From: Bifidobacteriaceae bacterium
GTDB lineage: Bacteria > Actinomycetota > Actinomycetes > Actinomycetales > WQXJ01
Length of the DNA stretch: 40,214 nucleotides
Direction: 5' to 3'
Assembly: GCA_031255835.1 (NCBI GenBank)
Contig: JAIRRT010000117.1
Coordinates: forward strand, 1 to 40,214
How positions within the stretch are numbered: the first letter of the stretch is position 1; every line of letters starts with the position of its first letter. The notes under the pieces are model-generated. The model worked only from the letters and a program-made list of their open reading frames with translations, was not told where the DNA came from and did no database searches. Made by a program: the position numbers and the translations under genes. This document shows positions 26,107 through 35,053 of this stretch, one piece after another.

Positions 26107-27224
26107 ACCAGCCGGCGGGCGGGCAGGGGGGTGGCGAGGCGGCGGCGCTTGCCCGGATTGATGCGGTCCGCGCGCGCAGGCCACGGTTGAACGATGCCGT
26201 GGTGACCCTGGCTCATGGCGCTGGCGGCAAGGCTTCAGCTGCGCTGGTGGACGCAGTTTTCATTGAGGCGTTTGGGCAGCCGTGTCCGGATGAACTGACT
26301 GATGCGGCGCTGCTGGATGTCGGATCTGGCGGACAGATTGCGCTGACCACCGACTCCTACGTGGTCAACCCGCGGCGGTTTCCCGGCGGATCGATAGGCC
26401 ACCTGGCTGTCAACGGGACGGTCAACGATCTGGCCGTCAGTGGTGCCCGGCCGGCGTGGCTCTCGGCAGCATTCGTGATCGAAGAGGGCATGGAGGTGGC
26501 TGAACTCAAGCAGATCGCGGCGGACATGCGTCAGGCCGCCAGCCAGGCTGGGGTGGCCATTGTCACCGGGGACACCAAGGTTGTGCCGAAGGGCGCTGCG
26601 GACGGCTGCTTCATCACCACGGCCGGAGTTGGGATTGTGCCGCCAGGCCGCCGCCTTGGGGCCAAGCAGGTCATTTGCGGTGATGCCATGGTGGTTTCCG
26701 GTCCGCTGGGCAGCCACGGCATGGCTGTGATGATGGCCAGGGGGAATCTGGCGTTGGAGGCGGACATCCGCTCTGACTGTGCGCCGGTAAACCACCAGGT
26801 GGAGGCCCTGTTGGCGGCCGTACCGGACGTCAGGTGGATGCGCGATGCGACCAGAGGCGGCCTGGCAACCGTGGCAAACGAGCTTGCGCGGGCGAGCGGG
26901 CTGGGAGTCATGCTGGACGATGCCGCACTGCCGGTCATCCCGGCCGTGCGCGGGGCCTGCGACATGTTGGGGATTGATCCGCTGTATGTGGCCAACGAGG
27001 GCGTGTTTGTTGCCGTGGTCCCGGCCCAGGACGCCCAAACTGCCGTGGAGGCAATTGCCAGCGTCCCAGCCCCACCCAATCACCCCGCCGATGCCGCACT
27101 CTCCCCGGCCGTCATCGGCCACCTGACCAGCCAGGCGCCCGGGCTTGTGGGCGTGCAGAACGCCTTTGGGGGCACACGGCTGGTTGACATGCTGGTGGGC
27201 GATCCGCTGCCCAGGATCTGCTGA
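26103..27224 (+). CDS. hypE: Carbamoyl dehydratase HypE
   Basis: TLAHGAGGK, TTDSYVV, GTVNDLA, GDTKVV, MRDATRGG, ANEG, C-terminal LPRIC. Confidence 0.97.
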   Translation: MNQPAGGQGGGEAAALARIDAVRARRPRLNDAVVTLAHGAGGKASAALVDAVFIEAFGQPCPDELTDAALLDVGSGGQIALTTDSYVVNPRRFPGGSIGHLAVNGTVNDLAVSGARPAWLSAAFVIEEGMEVAELKQIAADMRQAASQAGVAIVTGDTKVVPKGAADGCFITTAGVGIVPPGRRLGAKQVICGDAMVVSGPLGSHGMAVMMARGNLALEADIRSDCAPVNHQVEALLAAVPDVRWMRDATRGGLATVANELARASGLGVMLDDAALPVIPAVRGACDMLGIDPLYVANEGVFVAVVPAQDAQTAVEAIASVPAPPNHPADAALSPAVIGHLTSQAPGLVGVQNAFGGTRLVDMLVGDPLPRIC

Positions 27225-27245
27225 CAGGGAAAGGACCAGGCGACC

Positions 27246-27518
27246 ATGTGTTTGGGAATACCAGGTGAGGTGATCGGCATTGTCGATCCGCAGGAGCATT
27301 TGGCGCGGGTTGCAGTCAGCGGGGTCCACCGGACCATCTCGGCTCGCCTGCTGGCCGATGATCCGGTGCAAGTGGGTGACTGGGTGCTGGTGCATGTGGG
27401 CTTTGCGATGAGCAAGATCGACGCCCGGGAAGCTGAGCTGACGCTCGATCAGATCCGCAAGCTGGGGCAGCCGTACGTTGAAGAGATGGACGCCTTCAGC
27501 CAAACCGAGATCGTGTAG
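27246..27518 (+). CDS. hypC: Hydrogenase assembly chaperone HypC
   Basis: MCLGIPG N-terminus and VGDWVLVHVGFAM. Confidence 0.97.
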   Translation: MCLGIPGEVIGIVDPQEHLARVAVSGVHRTISARLLADDPVQVGDWVLVHVGFAMSKIDAREAELTLDQIRKLGQPYVEEMDAFSQTEIV

Positions 27519-27532
27519 GGGGCGGGTTCGTT

Positions 27533-28666
27533 TTGCGGTTCGTTGACGAGTTCAGAGATCCGGTTGCGGCTCGCCAGCTTCTGGCTGTCATTGAGGACTT
27601 GGCTGGACGTTTGGACCGAACTGTTCATTTCATGGAGGTTTGCGGCGGCCACACGCACACCATTTACCGCCACGGCCTGGAACGGCTGCTACCGCCAAAG
27701 GTCGAGTTTGTTCACGGGCCAGGCTGTCCAGTGTGTGTCATTCCAATGGGCCGTGTGGATGATGCCGTCTGGCTGGCTGGACAACCGGATGTCATTTTCA
27801 CCACTTTTGGGGACATGATGCGGGTGCCTGGAACAGGCGGCAGCCTGCTCCAAGCTCAAGCTGCGGGTGCAGATATCCGGTTTGTCTATTCGCCATTGGA
27901 TGCGTTGAAAATCGCACGGGATAACCCTGAGCGGCAAGTTGTGTTCTTCGCCGTTGGTTTTGAGACTACAGCGCCGTCCACCGCTGTGACGCTGGCCCGG
28001 GCGGCAGCCGGCGGTGTGAAGAACTTTTCTGTGTTCTGCAACCATGTTCTGATTGCGCCGCCGCTGCGAGCGATCCTGGACTCTGAGAACGTTCTTCTCG
28101 ATGGCTTCATAGGGCCCGGGCATGTTGCCACCGTGGTGGGGGCGAGCCACTTCGAGTTCATAGCCCAGGAATACCGCCTGCCGCTGGTGGTGACCGGGTT
28201 CGAGCCACTTGACATCTTGCAGTCGGTGGAACTGCTGGTCACGCAGCATTTGGAGGAACGCTGCGAGATCGAGAACCAGTACGCTCGGGTTGTGCGCCAG
28301 GAAGGCAACCCGGCCGCTCAGGCGCTGATGAGCGAAGTGTTCGAGGTGCGTGATGAGTTTGAGTGGCGTGGGCTTGGAACCATTCCACGGTCCGGATATG
28401 GCGTGGCATCCAGCTACGCAGAGTTCGATGCCGAGGTCAGATTCACTCTGCCGGGCGAGCGCGTGGCAGACCCGCCGGCTTGTGAATGCGGCAACGTTTT
28501 GACCGGAACAATCAAACCCTGGCAATGCCGAGTTTTCGGAACAGCCTGCACACCAGAAAACCCAATCGGCACCTGCATGGTCTCCCCTGAGGGTGCGTGT
28601 GCTGCGTACTACAACTATGGGCGTTGGGCCCGTGCAGCGCAGTCTTCTGGCGATACTTCGATTTGA
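27533..28666 (+). CDS. hypD: Hydrogenase maturation protein HypD
   Basis: MEVCGGHTH, GPGCPVC, GFETT, PGHVA and a C-terminal Fe-S Cys cluster (CECG...C...C...CMVS.EGAC); TTG start. Confidence 0.97.
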   Translation: MRFVDEFRDPVAARQLLAVIEDLAGRLDRTVHFMEVCGGHTHTIYRHGLERLLPPKVEFVHGPGCPVCVIPMGRVDDAVWLAGQPDVIFTTFGDMMRVPGTGGSLLQAQAAGADIRFVYSPLDALKIARDNPERQVVFFAVGFETTAPSTAVTLARAAAGGVKNFSVFCNHVLIAPPLRAILDSENVLLDGFIGPGHVATVVGASHFEFIAQEYRLPLVVTGFEPLDILQSVELLVTQHLEERCEIENQYARVVRQEGNPAAQALMSEVFEVRDEFEWRGLGTIPRSGYGVASSYAEFDAEVRFTLPGERVADPPACECGNVLTGTIKPWQCRVFGTACTPENPIGTCMVSPEGACAAYYNYGRWARAAQSSGDTSI

Positions 28667-30315
28667 TAGAACTCGACGTAAGTGTTGCTCAAAAGCGCGT
28701 CGCGTCTGAACGTTACCAGCGGGTCAGTTGAATACGGGAGATCGGTCAAGGATTGGGCGTATTGATCCCAAACAATGTAGGCCGGGCGCTCGGTCAGGTC
28801 AGAACTGCACCTATCATCAGTCCACAGCCAAGTCGAGTGAGGGAAGAAGTTCTCGAAGTGCGTGTTGGAATACAGCTCAACCACCGGGGCTGACCACCAG
28901 CCGACGCCGTAAAGGCCAGCGCCTTCGGCCGCCAGAGCATCGGCCCGCTTGGCGGCTTCGCGGATGCCCGCTTCTTGCTCGCGGTTGGGGGCATCAGCCA
29001 GCCAGGGCGCTGATCTGGCGGACCCTACGATGGTTCCGGTCAGGTCAGGCAGCGCCACAATTGCGCCCAAAGCGGTGGCGCAAGCAGTTGCCATGCCGAG
29101 CATCAGGGCGCCTTGGCGTAGACGCGGGAATGGGCGCGGAGCACTGCGCACCACAGTTAGAGCCATACACACAGCCAGGATGTACAGCAGGATCAGGCAG
29201 ACCATGGCGACAACGATGCGGCGGAACCAGGCCTTTTCGGTTGGGGTGATGGCAACCCACCACACGATGTATCCGACGCAATAGACAGCCAACTCGATGG
29301 CGACGATTCCTCGGCGTTCGGTCAGCCAGTCGCGCCAGTTGTGCCGCTGAAGCCAAGCCATACTCGCCAACAAACCCAGCGGTGTGAGCACCACAACAAG
29401 CAGTGTGAAACTGCCCATGCCGGCCGATTCGGCCAAGGCAGTCCAGTGCATGGTGATCTTGTCGAAGATCGTACGGCCAGCAAAGGCCGTTGGATCGGAT
29501 GAAAAGGCGCCGTCACCTGCCACGCCGGCCTGCTCGGCGGTGGCATGCGCTTGAGAGGTCCAAAAGTCGGCCAATTTGGATACCGACCCAAAGTTGGACA
29601 GCCGGTACAGCTCAAATGCGATGACCGGCACAAGGCCAACCGACGCGCTGGAAACCGCCAACAGCGGTTTGACAGACCTGCGCGCCACCAGCCCCAACAC
29701 AAGCCCAACCGCCAGCACCGGAACTATGAGCAGCGCCACCACTTTGACTGTCGCTGCGATGCCGGCGCAAAGGGCAGCGCCAGCGATGTACAGATACGGA
29801 CGGCGGGCGGTCTTGCGAAATCCGCTGGCCAGCAAGGCGAAGGCAACGACTGCCAACGCCGCCACGCAATACTCGCCGTATCCGCCGGTGGCCGCAGTCA
29901 CCGCCGCCATCGGATTGCCGCCATGAGGCAAGGCGAGCAGCACCAGGGAAGGGCCTATCAGCTGCGCCAGCGGCCAGGGCCGCAGCACAAGGCACACCCC
30001 GATGGCCAAAACGGCGAGTGCCAGCAGATTGACCATCTGGAATACGACAGTTCCTGGGCCCAATACCCGGATTGCTAGGGCCTGAAGCAGAAGGAACGGA
30101 CCACTTGTCTGGATTTCTTCTGGGCCCACGCGATAGCCGCCATACGCGCGGACAAACCCATCGCCATCGGCGATTGACTGGGCTACTTGGAGGTTCAGGG
30201 CACCATCGAAGGACGGTACAGAGTTCCATACGGCCAGCGTGAGAATCACCAGCGGTATTGCCACGCCGACCGAGGCGAGCACACTGGGGCGGCTTAGCAA
30301 CGTTGGTAGACGCAT
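28615..30315 (-). CDS. Polytopic membrane protein, probable GT-C (ArnT/PMT-like) glycosyltransferase
   Basis: About 11-13 hydrophobic segments; acidic first loop (SFDGALNLQVA), GE motif, A..VK, extracytoplasmic C-terminal domain. Start moved to ATG 30315 (MRLPT) to avoid ilvD overlap. Confidence 0.55.
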   Translation of the reverse strand: MRLPTLLSRPSVLASVGVAIPLVILTLAVWNSVPSFDGALNLQVAQSIADGDGFVRAYGGYRVGPEEIQTSGPFLLLQALAIRVLGPGTVVFQMVNLLALAVLAIGVCLVLRPWPLAQLIGPSLVLLALPHGGNPMAAVTAATGGYGEYCVAALAVVAFALLASGFRKTARRPYLYIAGAALCAGIAATVKVVALLIVPVLAVGLVLGLVARRSVKPLLAVSSASVGLVPVIAFELYRLSNFGSVSKLADFWTSQAHATAEQAGVAGDGAFSSDPTAFAGRTIFDKITMHWTALAESAGMGSFTLLVVVLTPLGLLASMAWLQRHNWRDWLTERRGIVAIELAVYCVGYIVWWVAITPTEKAWFRRIVVAMVCLILLYILAVCMALTVVRSAPRPFPRLRQGALMLGMATACATALGAIVALPDLTGTIVGSARSAPWLADAPNREQEAGIREAAKRADALAAEGAGLYGVGWWSAPVVELYSNTHFENFFPHSTWLWTDDRCSSDLTERPAYIVWDQYAQSLTDLPYSTDPLVTFRRDALLSNTYVEFYQIEVSPEDCAARAQRP

Positions 30316-30376
30316 CGAATCCCTCGGGGCGGTGGAGAAGTCGCACGCAAGGATAGCCCACCGGCCTCGGCGGGCT

Positions 30377-32230
30377 CTATACCTGGCCGATCCTCGACAG
30401 ATCCCGCACCGCACCGCGATCAGCTGACGTCGCCAAAGCGGCGTAAGCCCGCAAGGCAGCAGAGATTGGCCGGTGCCGGTCAGCGGGCTGGTAGCCGCCG
30501 CCCGCCTCAAGAGCCTCCCGGCGTTTGGCCAGCTCCTCGCTAGGCACAGCGAGGTTGATGGACCGGGCGGCGATGTCGATCTCGATGCGGTCGCCATCTT
30601 GGACCAAAGCGATCAGGCCACCGGCTGCAGCCTCGGGTGAGACATGCCCTATGGACAGCCCTGAAGTGCCGCCTGAGAACCGGCCGTCGGTGATCAAAGC
30701 GCACTGTTTGCCCAGGCCACGGCCCTTCAAGAACGAGGTCGGGTAGAGCATCTCCTGCATGCCGGGACCGCCGGACGGCCCCTCGTAGCGGATCACCACA
30801 ACATCTCCGGCCTGGACGCGCCCGCTCAGAATTGCCTCGATGGCGTCTTCTTGTGATTCGAGTACCACCGCCGGGCCGGCAAACTGCCAGATGGACTGAT
30901 CGACCCCAGCTGTCTTGACCACGCCGCCGTTCTCGGCAAGGTTGCCGTGCAGCACTGCAAGCCCGCCATCGGCCGAATATGCGTGGGCCACGTCGCGGAT
31001 ACAGCCGCCTGCCGCGTCTGTGTCAAGCGCGTCATATCGCTCCGACTGGGAGCAGGGTTCGGTGGTGCGCCGGCCACCGGGGGCAGCCGTGAACAGCTCG
31101 AGCGCTGCGGGGCTTGGGTTGGTGCTGCGGATGTCCCACTGGTCAAGCCAGGTTGCGGCATCGTCGGCGTGGACTGTGCGCACATCGGTTTGCAGCAGGC
31201 CGGCCCTACGCAACTCGCCCAGCAGTGCCGGCACGCCGCCGGCCCGGTGGACATCTTGGACCAGGTAGGGACCGTTCGGCGCGATCTTCGACAAACACGG
31301 CACGGAGGCGGACAGTGCGTCGATGTCCGCCAGCGTGAAGTCCACGCCTGCTTCTTGGGCGATGGCCAGCAGGTGAAGCACCGTGTTCGTTGAACCGCCC
31401 ATCGCCAGGTCAAGTGCCATGGCGTTGGCAAATGCTGCAGGTGAGGCAATGGACTTGGGCAGCAGGCCAGCATCTCCGCCCTCGTAGTACCGCCGAGTGA
31501 TATCGACGATGGCGCGCCCCGCCTGTTCATACAGACCGCGCCTTGCGGTGTGGGTTGCCAGCAGGGTGCCGTTGCCCGGCAGTGCCAGGCCGAGTGCCTC
31601 GGCCAGGCAGTTCATCGAGTTGGCGGTGAACATCCCTGCGCATGATCCGCAGGTGGGGCAGGCTCCTTGCTCGATGCACAGCAGGTCAGCATCGGAGATG
31701 TTTGGATCAGCCGCTGAGGCGATTGCGCTGATCAGGTCGATTGGTTCGCGGACCTGGCCGTTCACCAGCGTGGCTGAGCCACCCTCCATTGGGCCGCCGG
31801 AGACCAGCACCATCGGGATGTTCAGACGCATCGCTGCCATCAGCAAGCCGGGCGTGATCTTGTCACAGTTGGTGATGCCGATCAGTGCGTCGGCGCGGTG
31901 GGCGTTGACCATGTATTCCACTGAGTCGGCAATCAACTCACGTGACGGCAGCGAATACAACATGCCCTCGTGGCCCATGGCGATGCCGTCATCGACGGCG
32001 ATGGTGTTGAACTCACGCGGAATGCCGCCGGCAGCAGTGATGGCTTGGGAAACAATCCGTCCCACTTGCTGCAGGTGGACGTGGCCAGGCACAAACTCGG
32101 CGAATGAGTTGGCCACCGCGATGATCGGTTTGCCGAAGTCGGCCGGGTCAACGCCGGCGGCCCGCAGCAGTGCGCGTGCACCGACGGTGGTCCGGCTGGT
32201 GGTCAGCAGTTTGGAGCGCAGTTCCGGCAT
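30377..32230 (-). CDS. ilvD: Dihydroxy-acid dehydratase
   Basis: [59 protein letters not shown]. Confidence 0.98.
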   Translation of the reverse strand: MPELRSKLLTTSRTTVGARALLRAAGVDPADFGKPIIAVANSFAEFVPGHVHLQQVGRIVSQAITAAGGIPREFNTIAVDDGIAMGHEGMLYSLPSRELIADSVEYMVNAHRADALIGITNCDKITPGLLMAAMRLNIPMVLVSGGPMEGGSATLVNGQVREPIDLISAIASAADPNISDADLLCIEQGACPTCGSCAGMFTANSMNCLAEALGLALPGNGTLLATHTARRGLYEQAGRAIVDITRRYYEGGDAGLLPKSIASPAAFANAMALDLAMGGSTNTVLHLLAIAQEAGVDFTLADIDALSASVPCLSKIAPNGPYLVQDVHRAGGVPALLGELRRAGLLQTDVRTVHADDAATWLDQWDIRSTNPSPAALELFTAAPGGRRTTEPCSQSERYDALDTDAAGGCIRDVAHAYSADGGLAVLHGNLAENGGVVKTAGVDQSIWQFAGPAVVLESQEDAIEAILSGRVQAGDVVVIRYEGPSGGPGMQEMLYPTSFLKGRGLGKQCALITDGRFSGGTSGLSIGHVSPEAAAGGLIALVQDGDRIEIDIAARSINLAVPSEELAKRREALEAGGGYQPADRHRPISAALRAYAALATSADRGAVRDLSRIGQV

Positions 32231-32257
32231 GGTGATTCCTTGGGCAGTTGTTTGGGG

Positions 32258-33349
32258 TCAGACGTAGCGTTCCAGGATTGAGGTTTCGGCAATTCGCGAC
32301 AGGCCCTCGCGGATGGCGCGAGCCAGCGGTTCACCGACTCCTTCAACACCCTGGAGGTCTTCCATAGATGCGGCCAGGATCCGCTGGAGCGTGCCGAAGT
32401 GTTCAACAAGCCGGGTGGCGATGATGTCCGGCAGGCGGGGAACTCGGTGTACCAGCCGATAGCCGCGCGGCGAGACCGGTGTATCCAAATCGGCCGGGGA
32501 ACTGGCCAAACCCAGCACGGCAGCCGTGGCGTCCAGCTCCAGCAGTGCGGCCTGGTCCGCCGCCCGCAGGCTGGTCAGCGCGGTGCCAACGGACTCCGCG
32601 GATGGGGCGCCTGCCAGGTAGTCCTCAACGAGCAGCCGGCGGTCCAACGCGACCCCGGATATCAGTTCCTCATATTGCAGGTGCAGCAGACGGCCCTCGG
32701 TGCCCAGCTCCAGGACCATCGAATCGATCTCGTCTGCGATGCGTCCCACCATTTCCGAGCGTTGCGCCACCTGGGCAACATCCCTCACGGTCACCAGGTC
32801 TTCCACTTCGAGCGCAGACAGGGTGGCGGACACTTCATCCAGTCGGTCGCGGTAGCGCTCCAGCGTGGCTAGAGCCTGTTTGGCACGCGACGCGATCTCA
32901 TCGGTGTCCTCCAGGACGTGACGCAGCCCACCGGCATAGATGGCGACGGTTCGCATCGACTGGCTGACAGAGATGGTGGGCAGTCCAGCCTGTTTGGCAA
33001 CCCGCTCAGCCGTCCGGTGCCGGGTGCCCGATTCGGTGGTTTGGATGGATGAATCTGGCATCAGTTGGACTGCGGCCCGAACAATCCGGTTGGTTTGCCG
33101 GTCCACCACCACTGCGCCGTCCATCTTGGCCAACTCGCGCAGGCGCGGGGCCGAGAACTCGACATCCAAGGCGAATCCGCCTGAGCTGATGGCCTCGACT
33201 GTCTGGTTGAAGCCCAACACAACAAGGGCACCGGTGTTTCCGCGCAGCACCCGGTCCAGGCCATCGCGTAGCTCAGTGCCAGGTGCAACTGACACGAGCG
33301 TTGCGCGCATCACCTCTTCAGGCGTCGATACGCCCAAGTGCTGGTCCAT
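32258..33349 (-). CDS. disA: DNA integrity scanning diadenylate cyclase DisA
   Basis: VAPGTELRDGL, KMDGA and GTRHRTAER catalytic motifs, C-terminal HhH (VEGVG); directly downstream of radA. Confidence 0.97.
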   Translation of the reverse strand: MDQHLGVSTPEEVMRATLVSVAPGTELRDGLDRVLRGNTGALVVLGFNQTVEAISSGGFALDVEFSAPRLRELAKMDGAVVVDRQTNRIVRAAVQLMPDSSIQTTESGTRHRTAERVAKQAGLPTISVSQSMRTVAIYAGGLRHVLEDTDEIASRAKQALATLERYRDRLDEVSATLSALEVEDLVTVRDVAQVAQRSEMVGRIADEIDSMVLELGTEGRLLHLQYEELISGVALDRRLLVEDYLAGAPSAESVGTALTSLRAADQAALLELDATAAVLGLASSPADLDTPVSPRGYRLVHRVPRLPDIIATRLVEHFGTLQRILAASMEDLQGVEGVGEPLARAIREGLSRIAETSILERYV

Positions 33350-33386
33350 ATTCGAGCCCCTCACGACAGGCAAAACCGCATTGATC

Positions 33387-34841
33387 CTAGTCCCCATCCT
33401 GATCGCCAAACACTTCGGACGCCAGCTCCCTGTCCAGGGCCGCGCCCAGGGCAACGGCGACATTGGGCACCTGTAACACTTCGAGATCGGCAAGGGCGGC
33501 GGCATCGTTGCCGTCGGCCAGCACGTCGAGGGTGCCCGGTGGCACCACAGCTCGGGTGAAACCCAACCGGGCGGCCTCTGCCAGGCGGCGGCGGGCGCCG
33601 CGCACTTTCAGCATTTCCCCGGTCAACCCGACCTCCCCAACCACAACGGTGCCGGGTATGGCAGGAATGTCCCAATGGGCGCTTGCACAGGCCACCACGA
33701 TTGCTCCGTCGAGTGCGGGCTCGGTGCCGCGCGCACCGCCCACGGTTGAGACGTAGACATCCTGGGTGGCCAACGGGATCCGGGCACGGCGCTGCAAAGT
33801 GGCCAGACACATGGCCAAACGCGAGCTGTCCACCCCGCTGGTGGTACGCCGCGGGCTGGCCAACGCGGACGGTGCAACCAGCGCCTGGATCTCGACAGCG
33901 ACGGGCCGCCGGCCCTCCAACGCCACCCCGATGGCTGTGCCAGGAAAGGCCCAGTCCTCATGTCGAACGAACAATCCGGAAGGATCAGACACCTCGCGCA
34001 GGCCGGCGTCACCCAGCTCGAAACAGCCGATCTCCTCAGCTGAGCCGTAGCGGTTCTTTGATGCTCGCAGCATCCGCAAAGCGCCTTTGGTGTCACCCTC
34101 GAAGGAACAGACCACGTCCACTAGATGCTCCAGCGTGCGTGGCCCGGCCACGGTGCCGTCCTTGGTGACGTGTCCCACCAGCACAACAGCGATGTTGCGC
34201 GCTTTGGCGGCGGCCACCAACTCTCCGGTCACCTCCCGAACGTGGGCCACTCCGCCAGGCACGCCATCCAGCCCGGCGGCGCTCAAGGTCTGGACCGAAT
34301 CGACAAACACCAGGTCCGGCCGCAGATCATCGACATGCCGCAGCAGCTCGCTCAGGTCACCTGTGGACAACAGGAAAAGATCTGGGGCCAGTGCGCCTAT
34401 CCGGTCCGCCCGCAACCGCACCTGGGCGGCTGTCTCCTCACCGGTGGCATACAGCACCCGCCGGCCGTCCCGGGCGGCGCGAGCCGCAACATCGAGCAGC
34501 AAAGTGGACTTGCCAACCCCTGGATCTCCGGCCAACAAAACCACTGACCCAGGTACGATGCCGCCCCCCAGCACCCTGTCGAACTCACCTATCCCTGTGG
34601 GCCAGGCCGCGACGGCGGATGCGTCCACCGAGCCGATGGGTTCAGGCTTGCCGCTTGCCTCTGCCACCAACCGCAGGCGCGTCGGCTGTCCGAGCCCGCC
34701 ACCCTGCCCTGCCCTGGGTGCGCTCACGGCGGCCAGGGCGTCCCATTTGCCGCACCGGCCGCACCGACCAGCCCATTTGGGAGTCCGCCAGCCACACCCA
34801 GAGCACTCGAACTCACTTCCCTTGGGTAACTGTCGAGCCAT
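33387..34841 (-). CDS. radA: DNA repair protein RadA/Sms
   Basis: C4 zinc finger CSGCG...KW.GRCGRC, Walker A GDPGVGKST, GHVTKDG, KNRYG, Lon-like C-terminus. Confidence 0.98.
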   Translation of the reverse strand: MARQLPKGSEFECSGCGWRTPKWAGRCGRCGKWDALAAVSAPRAGQGGGLGQPTRLRLVAEASGKPEPIGSVDASAVAAWPTGIGEFDRVLGGGIVPGSVVLLAGDPGVGKSTLLLDVAARAARDGRRVLYATGEETAAQVRLRADRIGALAPDLFLLSTGDLSELLRHVDDLRPDLVFVDSVQTLSAAGLDGVPGGVAHVREVTGELVAAAKARNIAVVLVGHVTKDGTVAGPRTLEHLVDVVCSFEGDTKGALRMLRASKNRYGSAEEIGCFELGDAGLREVSDPSGLFVRHEDWAFPGTAIGVALEGRRPVAVEIQALVAPSALASPRRTTSGVDSSRLAMCLATLQRRARIPLATQDVYVSTVGGARGTEPALDGAIVVACASAHWDIPAIPGTVVVGEVGLTGEMLKVRGARRRLAEAARLGFTRAVVPPGTLDVLADGNDAAALADLEVLQVPNVAVALGAALDRELASEVFGDQDGD

Positions 34842-34848
34842 GGGCCGA

Positions 34849-34875
34849 ACCATAACTCCCACCCCCGACATCGCC
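34849..34875 (-). promoter_or_regulatory. PafBC / RecA-NDp-type DNA-damage promoter of radA (leaderless)
   Basis: TGTCGG (34870-34865), N10, TATGGT (34854-34849), N7, ATG 34841: an exact fit to TGTCGG-N10-TANNNT. Confidence 0.8.
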
Positions 34876-35053
34876 TCCCACCAGCACGAATCCGTGACGC
34901 TGGCGTCATGGAGCCAGGCATAAGCGGGCCACGGCGGCCAGATGAGTCGAGCCAGACCGGAAGTACTCGGAGTGGCCGGTGCCAGGGTGATGGTGGGCGG
35001 GGACGGCGGGGGGTTGGGGGGTGTGCGGGCGTTCAGCGGCTACGGTGGCGGGC

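Noticed and set aside
24896-28525. ORFs 24896-25912, 26235-27503 and 27689-28525
   Set aside because: Antisense to the well-supported dehydrogenase, hypE/hypC and hypD; no recognisable domains.
30316-30597. 94-aa N-terminal extension of the membrane protein given in the ORF track
   Set aside because: Overlaps the ilvD 3' end; ATG 30315 has an SD-like GAGGG and directly precedes the first TM helix.
7572-32257. Prophage, ICE or transposon
   Set aside because: No integrase, transposase, relaxase, phage gene or att-like repeat seen, and the region contains housekeeping ilvD.
32258-33349. Cyclic-dinucleotide anti-phage (CBASS-like) system
   Set aside because: Ordinary DisA in the conserved radA-disA operon with no effector genes.
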